Of a stretch of 13,425 nucleotides of DNA, positions 1-7,465 are shown in pieces. The translations under genes and the position numbers were made by a program. Positions within the stretch are counted from its first letter, which is position 1, and each line of letters begins with the position of its first letter. This DNA comes from an uncultured Thermococci archaeon (GTDB taxonomy: Archaea; CAYQAE01; CAYVLA01): assembly GCA_964549615.1 (NCBI GenBank), contig CAZJVP010000009.1:1-13425 (forward strand). Reading direction: 5' to 3'. Below the pieces are notes generated by a model, which had not been told where the DNA came from, did no database searches, and saw nothing but the letters and a program-made list of their open reading frames with translations.

Positions 1-2887
1 CATCGACCGGCTCATCGCCATGCCTTGTGATGTTCAGGCTCAGCGACTCAAGGCCCACCGCGACGTTCCTGCCGCTTAGAGCACCGACAAGCCTAAGGAT
101 GAAGGAGACATCCCCAGGCTTGTTGACGAAGACGGAGACCGAATCCGCCTTCGCTTTCTGCTTCTCAAGTCTGTGCGGAACCTGCTCCACGATATCCCGG
201 AGAAGTATATCCCTCAGGACAATCTCGTTCTCAGGAGGTTCAACCTGGCATCTACATTCCGATCTCGGGTACCCACACCTGGAGCAGATCTCCGGGGGCG
301 GGACCCTGCATCTGCATTCCGGCTTGCTGTAACCACACTTCAGGCAGAACTGCTCCGCGATCCTTGACCAACGCTCCGTCCCCTTCCTAACGACCTCCGA
401 GTCCTCATGGATGATGGGCTCTCCAGATGCTTGGATAGTATGCGAGGTGTGAATCCTCCCGCCGCTAACCACCAGGAAGCTTCCTTCCCGGATTCCTGTG
501 GCCACGCTCTGAACTATGAGGTTCCTGTTCTCTAGGAACGCGAGCTTCGGGTTCTTGTAGAAGGCGGCCTCCAGGTCACCGAACTTCTTGGAGTCGGGCG
601 GGCTGCCCGTTGCGGGTGTGAAAACCTTGTCGACCAAGAAGTCTGGGCTATAGGGCTCGCCTCGCCACTTCTCCTCATCCTTCAGGCGGGTTAGCAGCAT
701 CTCCATAAACCTGCTTGTACCGACCTTCCAGTCCGTGAAGTCCACGCCGAGCTCGCTTTCAGTTGGGCTCAGCTTGGCCCCGACCAGGATCGGACTGTCG
801 TACGGTCCCTGGGCGCTCGGGTAGAACAGCAGGTTGTAGGCCATGCCGATCCTAAGGATGGACATGGCCTCGGACTTGGCCTTCTCCCGCTCCAGCACCC
901 TTTTCTGCTCATCGGACAGATTCTTCTTGAACTCCTCATCCTCGGAGATCTCCTTGACGGCTAGGTAGTGCCTCACAACCTCCTCCACTCTATCCTTCTG
1001 GTCGGAGCTGGGCGCTAGGAATACGAGCGAGTTGCGGTATATCCTCGGCTCCCTGGACTGACTCTTGTAGAGAAAGAGGCGTTCCAGATCGGGGCTCGGC
1101 CTGGTTCCGGCGAGCCACCAGGGGCTCTCGGGAGCCATCAGCACGAGCTTCAGGCTGGCTGTGTCCGGGATATCTTCAGGCGCGGTGGGCCAGGTGTATC
1201 TCCGAAACGCCTCCCCGCCGCGAAGCACGTATCCAGCCAAGCGGCGCTGTATCTCGTTCGTGACCTGGTAGTGCTTGACATCCTTCATCCGTTCGTCTAT
1301 GACCTTGTTGATGTTCACATCGCCCCTGAAAACCAGCTTCTTCCCGACCTCCACAATGTGATAGCTGGTGTCCAACACGGCCTGCAAGGCCTGCTCGGCT
1401 CGGGTCTCATCCTCGCCCGGCTCAAGGACGTCGTGGAGGATCTCGCTCTTGCTTGCCCCGACGAGGGCATCCCTCTCCCCCTTCGAAACAACCATGGCAC
1501 TCTCCAACAGGGCGGCCGTGGTGAGCCGCGTCCCCAGGTCACCCTTGAACACGTCATCCACCCTAGACGCCCTTGCCTCGCCCCCCTTCCCCACCAGTTC
1601 CGTGTGGATGGCGTTCTCAAGCCTGGGGTCGTCGAAGACCCGTTTTGAGAGGAACTCGCGGACCTGCGCATCGCGAGGATCGATATGGGTCGGATGGATG
1701 AGCATGGACGAGGAATTATTCTCCATCATCAGCCTGACCGCCTGAACCATCAACATGAGCGCTCCACGGGTCTGCATGAACCTGGGAGCCTGGCCGAGCT
1801 TGTCCCTGATGATCGAGATCGTCCTGGGGTGGAAGGGATAGTCCCTGACCATGCTCTCCTTGGCCCTCTCCCCGACCGCATCGGGCGGAAGCAGCCCCCT
1901 GGGGCCCGGCGACTCGTAGTAATCCTGGTATGCCCGTGCAACGGCTTCCGCCGACTCGACATCGACTTTGCTGAAAAGCCATCGCCTCAGGATGTTCACA
2001 AGCTCAAGATCGTCGCGGACCGGGTTATAGGTCTCGGCCTTGCGCATGAGCAGGCTCTGCGATATCCGGCTCTCCTTCATCGCACGCGTCCTAATCTCCT
2101 CTGTCTCAGCCCCGCTCCTGCCCGTGGCAGCCTTCCTTAGGATCTGGGCCTGCTCTTCATCGGTTGGGTCGAACTCCTGGGGGAGCTGCGACACGACAAG
2201 CGATGTGTTGGTGCACAGGTCCACGACCTCCTCGAGGATCTGCAGGAATACCCTGGTCTGCTCGGCCAGCGTCCCCTCGCCGACCGGGATCGCCGCAGCA
2301 CGAATCAGATAGTTTGTGACCTCGTCCACCAGGATCACGGTGGGCTCATCCGACAACAGTGAAAGCAGCGAATCCTTAGAGGGCGCCCTTAGCTCCCGGT
2401 CTGCATCCGCCATGACCTCGTAGGCCCCAAGCTGCTGGGCAAGATGCCCCCACATCGTCCTCGGCGGACCTCTCTCGCCCGCGGGGGAGTTCTGTGTCAG
2501 AACCGCCACGCGGCATCTCGGTATCTCCAGATCGCCCAGGGCCCTACTTGTCTCCTTCGGCAGCACCCCCGATCCGTGCTTGGCCAGATGGTACAGGCAT
2601 GCCAGCAGATGGGACTTCCCTCCCCCAAGAGTCGTGCCGAGAAGGAATACTCCCGGCGCGTTGGGCATCCGTCCAGATATCCTTCCGAACACCTGCGCGG
2701 CCACCGTGGAGAAAGCCGCCGTGGGATACGTCATCTCGAAGAAGGTCTTCGGATCATCGTAAAGCGTCTTGTGCATCCCGCTGACAATCGCGTCCAGATC
2801 AACCGCAAGGGAGGAAACGCGAAGGCCGCTCAACTGCTCCTTGCGAACGGGACAGCAATCAAGCAACCGCCTGGAGGCAGCCATCAT
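1..2887 (-). CDS. DUF499-family (COG1483-like) AAA+ ATPase, BREX-related/restriction-like defence component; 3' end lies beyond the left edge
   Basis: Manual translation shows no stop from ATG 2887 (or 2884) to the window edge, 962 codons; absent from the ORF track. N-terminus MMAASRRLLDCCPVRKEQL...YDDPKTFFEMTYPT. Walker A GTTLGGGKSH (2609-2638), RTMWGHLAQQLG, Walker B VILVDE (2321-2338), ELVNILRRWLF, YPFHP, FMQTRGALML, WPTAPEDIPD, PRIYRNSLVFLAP and AYNLLFYP all match motifs I recognise from DUF499 proteins. Confidence 0.92.
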   Translation of the reverse strand, partial: MMAASRRLLDCCPVRKEQLSGLRVSSLAVDLDAIVSGMHKTLYDDPKTFFEMTYPTAAFSTVAAQVFGRISGRMPNAPGVFLLGTTLGGGKSHLLACLYHLAKHGSGVLPKETSRALGDLEIPRCRVAVLTQNSPAGERGPPRTMWGHLAQQLGAYEVMADADRELRAPSKDSLLSLLSDEPTVILVDEVTNYLIRAAAIPVGEGTLAEQTRVFLQILEEVVDLCTNTSLVVSQLPQEFDPTDEEQAQILRKAATGRSGAETEEIRTRAMKESRISQSLLMRKAETYNPVRDDLELVNILRRWLFSKVDVESAEAVARAYQDYYESPGPRGLLPPDAVGERAKESMVRDYPFHPRTISIIRDKLGQAPRFMQTRGALMLMVQAVRLMMENNSSSMLIHPTHIDPRDAQVREFLSKRVFDDPRLENAIHTELVGKGGEARASRVDDVFKGDLGTRLTTAALLESAMVVSKGERDALVGASKSEILHDVLEPGEDETRAEQALQAVLDTSYHIVEVGKKLVFRGDVNINKVIDERMKDVKHYQVTNEIQRRLAGYVLRGGEAFRRYTWPTAPEDIPDTASLKLVLMAPESPWWLAGTRPSPDLERLFLYKSQSREPRIYRNSLVFLAPSSDQKDRVEEVVRHYLAVKEISEDEEFKKNLSDEQKRVLEREKAKSEAMSILRIGMAYNLLFYPSAQGPYDSPILVGAKLSPTESELGVDFTDWKVGTSRFMEMLLTRLKDEEKWRGEPYSPDFLVDKVFTPATGSPPDSKKFGDLEAAFYKNPKLAFLENRNLIVQSVATGIREGSFLVVSGGRIHTSHTIQASGEPIIHEDSEVVRKGTERWSRIAEQFCLKCGYSKPECRCRVPPPEICSRCGYPRSECRCQVEPPENEIVLRDILLRDIVEQVPHRLEKQKAKADSVSVFVNKPGDVSFILRLVGALSGRNVAVGLESLSLNITRHGDEPVD
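248..346 (-). repeat. Two tandem Cys4 (putative Zn-binding) modules with a 60-nt period inside the DUF499 ATPase
   Basis: Minus strand reads CLKCGYSKPECRC-RVPPPEI-CSRCGYPRSECRC. The DNA units at 248-288 (gcatctacattccgatctcgggtacccacacctggagcaga) and 308-348 (gcatctgcattccggcttgctgtaaccacacttcaggcaga) are visibly homologous. Confidence 0.85.
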
Positions 2888-2930
2888 CTCACCCCGCCAT
2901 GCTACCCGCCTAGATTCTAATAAAGACTTC
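2888..2930 (-). promoter_or_regulatory. Putative archaeal promoter and RBS of the DUF499 gene
   Basis: Minus-strand TTTATTA at 2924-2918, about 30 nt upstream of the ATG; GGGGTGAG immediately precedes ATGATG. Confidence 0.5.
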
Positions 2931-3003
2931 GGGCTGTTCAAAAAGAGGATGAGAAATTCAACAGTCGGCTCGGGGCCAGTTGCGCCAAGGCAGAAAGGCG
3001 GCA

Positions 3004-3020
3004 AAGGAAAATGGTTTAAA
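3004..3020 (+). promoter_or_regulatory. Possible BRE/TATA element (AAGGAAAATGGTTTAAA)
   Basis: Purine-rich run followed by TTTAAA (3015-3020). ATG 3043 lies 28 nt downstream, in frame with the PIN-like remnant but stopped by TAA at 3073. Confidence 0.3.
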
Positions 3021-3075
3021 CCCTATCCGGGCAGCCTCATGCATGCCCCAGTCCGGCTCAATCTCTTCACCGTAA

Positions 3076-3267
3076 GCCAGAAGAACTCTACGATCAGCGA
3101 TCCGAGGCCTCAAGTTGGCAAGGTACAATGAACAGGCCAAGGTAGCGCAGATGCAGCCAAAGCTGCCGAATTGCAGGATGCCACTGTACGATGCGATCAC
3201 CACCCCGACTGCTCATAGGTCGGACTGCAAGCCGAGGATGATGACCAAGCTCAAGGACGCAGCGTGA
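3076..3267 (+). pseudogene. Possible decayed C-terminal half of a PIN/VapC-like gene
   Basis: Reads ARRTLRSAIRGLKLARYNEQAKVAQMQPKLPNCRMPLYDAITTPTAHRSDCKPRMMTKLKDAA*. The spacing resembles the VapC C-terminal pattern L-x-x-Y-D-A-I-x-x-A-T-A...C-x-x-h-h-T-x-D. No N-terminal DT/DS motif and no intact start. Confidence 0.3.
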
Positions 3268-3345
3268 CTCCGCGTCTCATCGCAAATCTAAACGATCGCT
3301 TTAACCCGCGCTCTGTGGTTAGTCAGGCCAGGCGGGACGAGACGA

Positions 3346-3402
3346 GGCAAATGTTTAAGGGGTTTATGCAGAGTGGAGGTGCAACAAGAGGAAACGGAGG
3401 GG
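3346..3402 (+). promoter_or_regulatory. Putative promoter and RBS of the nuclease gene
   Basis: GGCAAATG-TTTAAG (TATA-like at 3354-3359); GGAGGGG lies 5 nt before ATG 3408. Confidence 0.4.
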
Positions 3403-3407
3403 TCTGA

Positions 3408-3845
3408 ATGAGAGAAGAGGAGGTAGCTAAGCGAGTCGGCGAATACCTGAAGGAGGCATACGAACTCGTCAGCAACGAGTTCGCTTTCTCCGGGGGCAGG
3501 GTGGATCTGATTGGCTTCAGGTGGGAAAAAGGTGATGACCCCCACTACATCCATGCCCTTGGAGTTGAATGCAAGGGGGAAATCAAGTACGCCAAACAGG
3601 TATACGGCTTGTTGACCGATCAGCTAGCCCGATATCTAAAGACTATCCCCCAGCTGTATCTCGCAACACCGAGGCCAAAGGGCGAGAACGCCACGAATGT
3701 CCTAAGCGAGATTAAGATGCTCTGTAGACTCAACCATATCGGATACCTCTATGTGGACCACGACGTGGAACCCGACCCCCCAATCGATGATCGAACGGCC
3801 ATGCACACCATGCACATGATTCGCGTGACTTCAACCAGAACCTAG
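3408..3845 (+). CDS. PD-(D/E)XK restriction-endonuclease-fold nuclease, possibly C-terminally truncated
   Basis: N-terminal helix MREEEV, then NEFAFSGGRVDLIGF (catalytic D), GVECKG (ExK), DQLARY (QxxxY helix), LYLATP and HIGYLYVD. The last ~20 residues look non-conserved. Confidence 0.75.
   Translation: MREEEVAKRVGEYLKEAYELVSNEFAFSGGRVDLIGFRWEKGDDPHYIHALGVECKGEIKYAKQVYGLLTDQLARYLKTIPQLYLATPRPKGENATNVLSEIKMLCRLNHIGYLYVDHDVEPDPPIDDRTAMHTMHMIRVTSTRT
3799..3816 (+). repeat. Perfect 9-bp tandem duplication CCATGCACA x2
   Basis: ccatgcaca at 3799-3807 and 3808-3816, where the nuclease ORF stops looking protein-like. Confidence 0.85.
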
Positions 3846-4487
3846 CCGAACTCGTAAGGGCGAAGGAGCTAACCTTCGAAAGCCCGCAACGGACTCGCAG
3901 CTTCGGCTTCGAGAGCCAATAGGTCCAGTCTGAGTAGCATAGCATAGTGTTGAATCTCTGGCATAGATCGCCAAGACACTCCCTGAAAGCTTCGGTGGCC
4001 TAGTTACCGATGGACTGAAACATATCACCAAGAATCCCTGTGGGTGCGATGCCTGCTCCTAGAGGTAGGCGCGGCGGCTTATGACGCTTCCACGTGAACT
4101 GCGAGTGCAGATGTCGGAGACGGAGCTTTCTCGCGGAGCATCAGCATGGAGCTCGGGCCGAAGCCCGAACTAGAGACGTCGTTCGGCGCTTCGCCTGTCG
4201 ATCTTTCATGAAGTTTGATCCGGCCGTCATGGGGAAGTGGGCGACCGCCTTGAAGCCCGCCCGGGCTTGGTTGGTCTAAATTCGCAGAACCACCAGCTGG
4301 CCGGGCCGCATGAAGGCAAGTTGAGGGAACTCCCGGGGACGTTTTTAGGGGGAGCGGGGCGATTCTGAAGAGGGATCCAGAAAGCCCGCCCTGACTTTGT
4401 ACAGCTCGCCGCCCTGGAGTCCGGGTACCCAGCCCTCGGCCTGCCAATTTCTTCTGAAGCAGCCCGGCCTTAGCCTGGAAGGCTCGA

Positions 4488-5045
4488 CTATGCGCTGCGG
4501 GACCGGCCGAATCTCACAACGAACAAGCCCGCCGAGGCCTGGCAACCCGAACACATCGCAAACAGCCATTCGAACCCAAACCTGCTGACTATGATCACGG
4601 CAACCAGGGCCGCGACCGAGGCGGAAATGTCGTAGAACGATTCAAAGGTGCCCAGAAGGAATCCTCTCCTGCCCCGCTCGCTCATCTCCATGGTTATGGC
4701 GAGAAGCGCGGGTCCCTGGAAGGCGTACGCGATCCCGTAGAGCGTCTCTATGATGTAAAGGTGCGGTAGGGCCGAGACGAAGATGTAGGAAAGTGAGCAT
4801 GCCGCGGCCATCGAGATCCCGAGGCAGTAGACCCTTTCCTTGCCCCACTGGTCAACCAGCCTTCCCGCAGGAACCTTCAGAAGGGCAGCGACCAGCCCGA
4901 AAATGGCGGTTAGCGCTCCAACATCAACCAGCGACGCTGAAAGGCGGTTAACGAGGAATATCGGATAGACAGGGCCCAGTAACCCTCCCCCTAGCGAGGA
5001 TAGCGTGCCCAGTGCGATGAGGACCGCAACCCCTGAGCTGCGCAT
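4488..5045 (-). CDS. Half-size MFS transporter (185 aa, about 6 TM helices)
   Basis: Start moved to ATG 5045, which has GGAGGG 7 nt upstream. TM1 GGGLLGPVYPIFL, MFS motif A GRLVDQWGKE, and ERGRRGFLLGTF at the TM4-TM5 loop. Ends at TAG 4488 after the sixth hydrophobic segment. Confidence 0.85.
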   Translation of the reverse strand: MRSSGVAVLIALGTLSSLGGGLLGPVYPIFLVNRLSASLVDVGALTAIFGLVAALLKVPAGRLVDQWGKERVYCLGISMAAACSLSYIFVSALPHLYIIETLYGIAYAFQGPALLAITMEMSERGRRGFLLGTFESFYDISASVAALVAVIIVSRFGFEWLFAMCSGCQASAGLFVVRFGRSRSA

Positions 5046-5216
5046 GCACAATCCCTCCGTCCAAGAGGGATGGCAGGCAAATGCCACCAGCGCCACTGTG
5101 ACGCGACATCTGGTTTCTCTACGCCTCAAGATCTAGTGGCTTGCAGGAACTCCAAAATTTTTCGACGGGGCGCTGGCTGTTCCCGGACGGCGGCGCGCGT
5201 ACGGGCTCTTCAAGGT

Positions 5217-5233
5217 CGGGAAAGAATTTTAGG
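5217..5233 (+). promoter_or_regulatory. Putative BRE/TATA for a leaderless transcript starting near GTG 5256
   Basis: CGGGAAAGAA-TTTTAGG; the T-run starts 29 nt before GTG 5256, and no SD-like sequence precedes that GTG. Confidence 0.45.
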
Positions 5234-5255
5234 CCCAGGCGGCCACCCCGCCCCC

Positions 5256-7037
5256 GTGAAGAGGGCCCGGCTGGGACCTGCGTTCATCGCGGCGATCCTT
5301 GCCTTCTCAGCGGCCGCCGCCGCGGCGGAGGATGAGTTTCCTTTTCGGCGCGCGGCATACAGCTATCGAACCCTCAGCCAACTTGAGGGAACCGGCTTTG
5401 ACGCCGTGCTCGTGCCCATCCCCACCATGAGGTGGGAGAAGGCCAAGGCCTGGATGGAGCAGACGCTGGTGCAGCGGTGCCTTGAGCTCTCGGCCCTGGG
5501 CATAAAGGCCATAGCGGGGCCGTACTACTGCGTCCCCCCATCCCCGGATGTCGGTAACTACTCGCGCGCGGTGGGCCAGAACAGGGGGCCCGAGACTGTG
5601 GTGCCCTCGCCGGTTGACGAGACCTGGTGGAACTACTTCGTGGACCAGTTCGGGGTGTTCATAGCCAACCTTTCCGTGCACTACCCGATCTGGGGGATAG
5701 TCTGGGACTCCGAGCGGTACATCGACGGGCGGTACTTCGAATACGCAGATTACAGCTATGACGAGGCTGCCGTTCAGGAGTTCGCCCGGGACACTGGAAG
5801 GTCAATCCCCTACGTTCCCCCCGACCAAAGGTACGGCTGGCTTCAAGAGCACGGCCTCGTCGAGGAGTTCCACGCCTGGCAGGAGGAGAAGCTGTACAGG
5901 ATGGCCAAGCGAACGGCAGAAAAGATCCACGCCATAAACCCAAACATCTCCCTTGGGCTGCTGGGCATGCAGGACAGCTGGTTCCACTGGGCCATCCTCG
6001 AGGCCTTCAACTGTTCAACGGCGCCGGTCACAGCATGGTACGAAGGGACCTACCAGGGATACAAGAAGATCCATCCGTGGCCATCGCCCGCCGAGATGCG
6101 CGAGCTGTGGAAGGAGCACAAGCTCTACGGGCTGTTTCTCCCCGGGCTTTGGGGGCTGGCCCCCGGGTACGGACATGCCGGCGATCCGTGGAGCGTGCTC
6201 ATCGAGATGGAAGCCGCGACCAGGGACAACGGCGCCTTCTGGGTCTACGAGTGGAACTACAACTCGTCCGACTTCCCGTTCCAGACGCGCGGAAAGACCT
6301 ACCAGGTGTTTAACTCCTTCATCTTCTTCAACGCCTCCTCCCCCAACCCGCTTCCGAGCTTCGACCTACACCCCGGCGTCCAGGCCATGCCGTATCTTGG
6401 GCCGGCAGGCAATGCCTCGGTCGTCCTGCATCCCTACGTCGACGTCGTCCCCAGCGACTTCACGATCCTCTGCGACTCAGGGTTATGGTACGTCGGGCAG
6501 AACATGACCGTTACACGGCTTGGTCTCAACCCGACCCTTGAGTCCGCCGAGATACCCTGCATCGTCTCGGACCTCTCCCAGGAAGATCTCCTGCGCACCG
6601 AGGTCTGGGCCATGATACAGGAGCTTGACAACCTTGCAAAGCTTTACCGGTCCATCCTGGCCGGCGATCTTCCCGGCGCAGAAAACCTGCTCTCGAAGGC
6701 ACTCGAGGATTTCCGGGCCGGAAGACACCTCCAAGCAAGATCGCTACTGCTGGAGAACAGGGGATCGTTCTATGGGAAGCTCCTTGCAGACATCTGGCCA
6801 ATGGCCCAGGAAGGCCTGGCCTCCCCCAGGATGAGCAAGGTTCCCATAGCCGTCCTTCGCTCCGTCTCCGACGCCAAGAGGATGTTCGAGGACGGAAAGG
6901 CCAGGGAAGGCGAGGCCTACCTTTTCGCGGCCTGCAGGCAGTGGTCCGCAGCCGTGCCCGAGCCACTCAGAATTCTCTTTCTCGCCGCGCTCGTCATTCT
7001 AGTGTGCAGGCCGCGCACCTACGGGCACGCGTGCTGA
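5256..7037 (+). CDS. Secreted, surface-anchored glycoside-hydrolase-like (probable TIM-barrel) protein, 593 aa
   Basis: Start moved to GTG 5256, giving the signal peptide MKRARLGPAFIAAILAFSAAAAAA. Aromatic-rich core with GFDAVLV, PSPVDETWW, WGIVWDSERY (D-x-E after a beta strand), YSYDEAAVQEF and KIHAINPNISLG, resembling GH-like beta/alpha barrels. Eight N-x-S/T sequons and a C-terminal VPEP-TM-RPR. The GH family cannot be assigned by eye. Confidence 0.75.
   Translation: MKRARLGPAFIAAILAFSAAAAAAEDEFPFRRAAYSYRTLSQLEGTGFDAVLVPIPTMRWEKAKAWMEQTLVQRCLELSALGIKAIAGPYYCVPPSPDVGNYSRAVGQNRGPETVVPSPVDETWWNYFVDQFGVFIANLSVHYPIWGIVWDSERYIDGRYFEYADYSYDEAAVQEFARDTGRSIPYVPPDQRYGWLQEHGLVEEFHAWQEEKLYRMAKRTAEKIHAINPNISLGLLGMQDSWFHWAILEAFNCSTAPVTAWYEGTYQGYKKIHPWPSPAEMRELWKEHKLYGLFLPGLWGLAPGYGHAGDPWSVLIEMEAATRDNGAFWVYEWNYNSSDFPFQTRGKTYQVFNSFIFFNASSPNPLPSFDLHPGVQAMPYLGPAGNASVVLHPYVDVVPSDFTILCDSGLWYVGQNMTVTRLGLNPTLESAEIPCIVSDLSQEDLLRTEVWAMIQELDNLAKLYRSILAGDLPGAENLLSKALEDFRAGRHLQARSLLLENRGSFYGKLLADIWPMAQEGLASPRMSKVPIAVLRSVSDAKRMFEDGKAREGEAYLFAACRQWSAAVPEPLRILFLAALVILVCRPRTYGHAC
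6954..7037 (+). other. PEP/PEF-CTERM-like protein sorting signal
   Basis: VPEP, then hydrophobic LRILFLAALVILVC, then basic RPR, at the extreme C-terminus. Confidence 0.65.
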
Positions 7038-7465
7038 CGGGGCGGCGGATCGCCTCACTGGAGAACGGGCGACACTAGCCAAGCCGACCGACGCCCTCCG
7101 TGCCCACGAGGCATCGGGATGTCGCGCATGTGCGAGAGAATCCTGCAACCCTCGGCATGCCCGTCTCCACCATTGGACAGGTGAGGTCCCTTTACCCGCC
7201 GCCACCACGGTGCCAGGCTAAATCTTGCCAAGCTGTTGGTAGCGATGTCACGACGGCACCATCGTTATTGTAGCGCCTTGCGAACAGAACCAATAGCCAA
7301 TGAACGCCGCCATGCGACAAGACTCGGTCGGAATGCCCTCCCTGCGCGAGATCCGCCAAGTTGCGAGCAGTCTCTCTGGCTTCATGGCCAAAGGGCCATT
7401 GAGCCAGGCCAAGGGACCAGACGGATTTCCAGTTTGGCGCACTGCCCAAGGCCATCAGGAACACC

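Noticed and set aside
27-2920. Many plus-strand and alternate-frame ORFs in the track (e.g. 1271-1648, 1685-2140, 2444-2920)
   Set aside because: Shadow ORFs of the GC-rich DUF499 gene, with no motifs of their own.
5070-5255. N-terminal 62 codons of the 655-aa ORF, and similar extensions of the MFS (5046-5129), mntA (8094-8603), subtilase (10789-10851) and vapB (11983-12069) ORFs
   Set aside because: The extensions look non-coding and several contain the TATA/RBS signals; internal starts give proper signal peptides or family-typical lengths.
7038-7465. Short ORFs between the hydrolase-like gene and hepT
   Set aside because: No recognisable motifs, RBS or promoter; they overlap each other on both strands.
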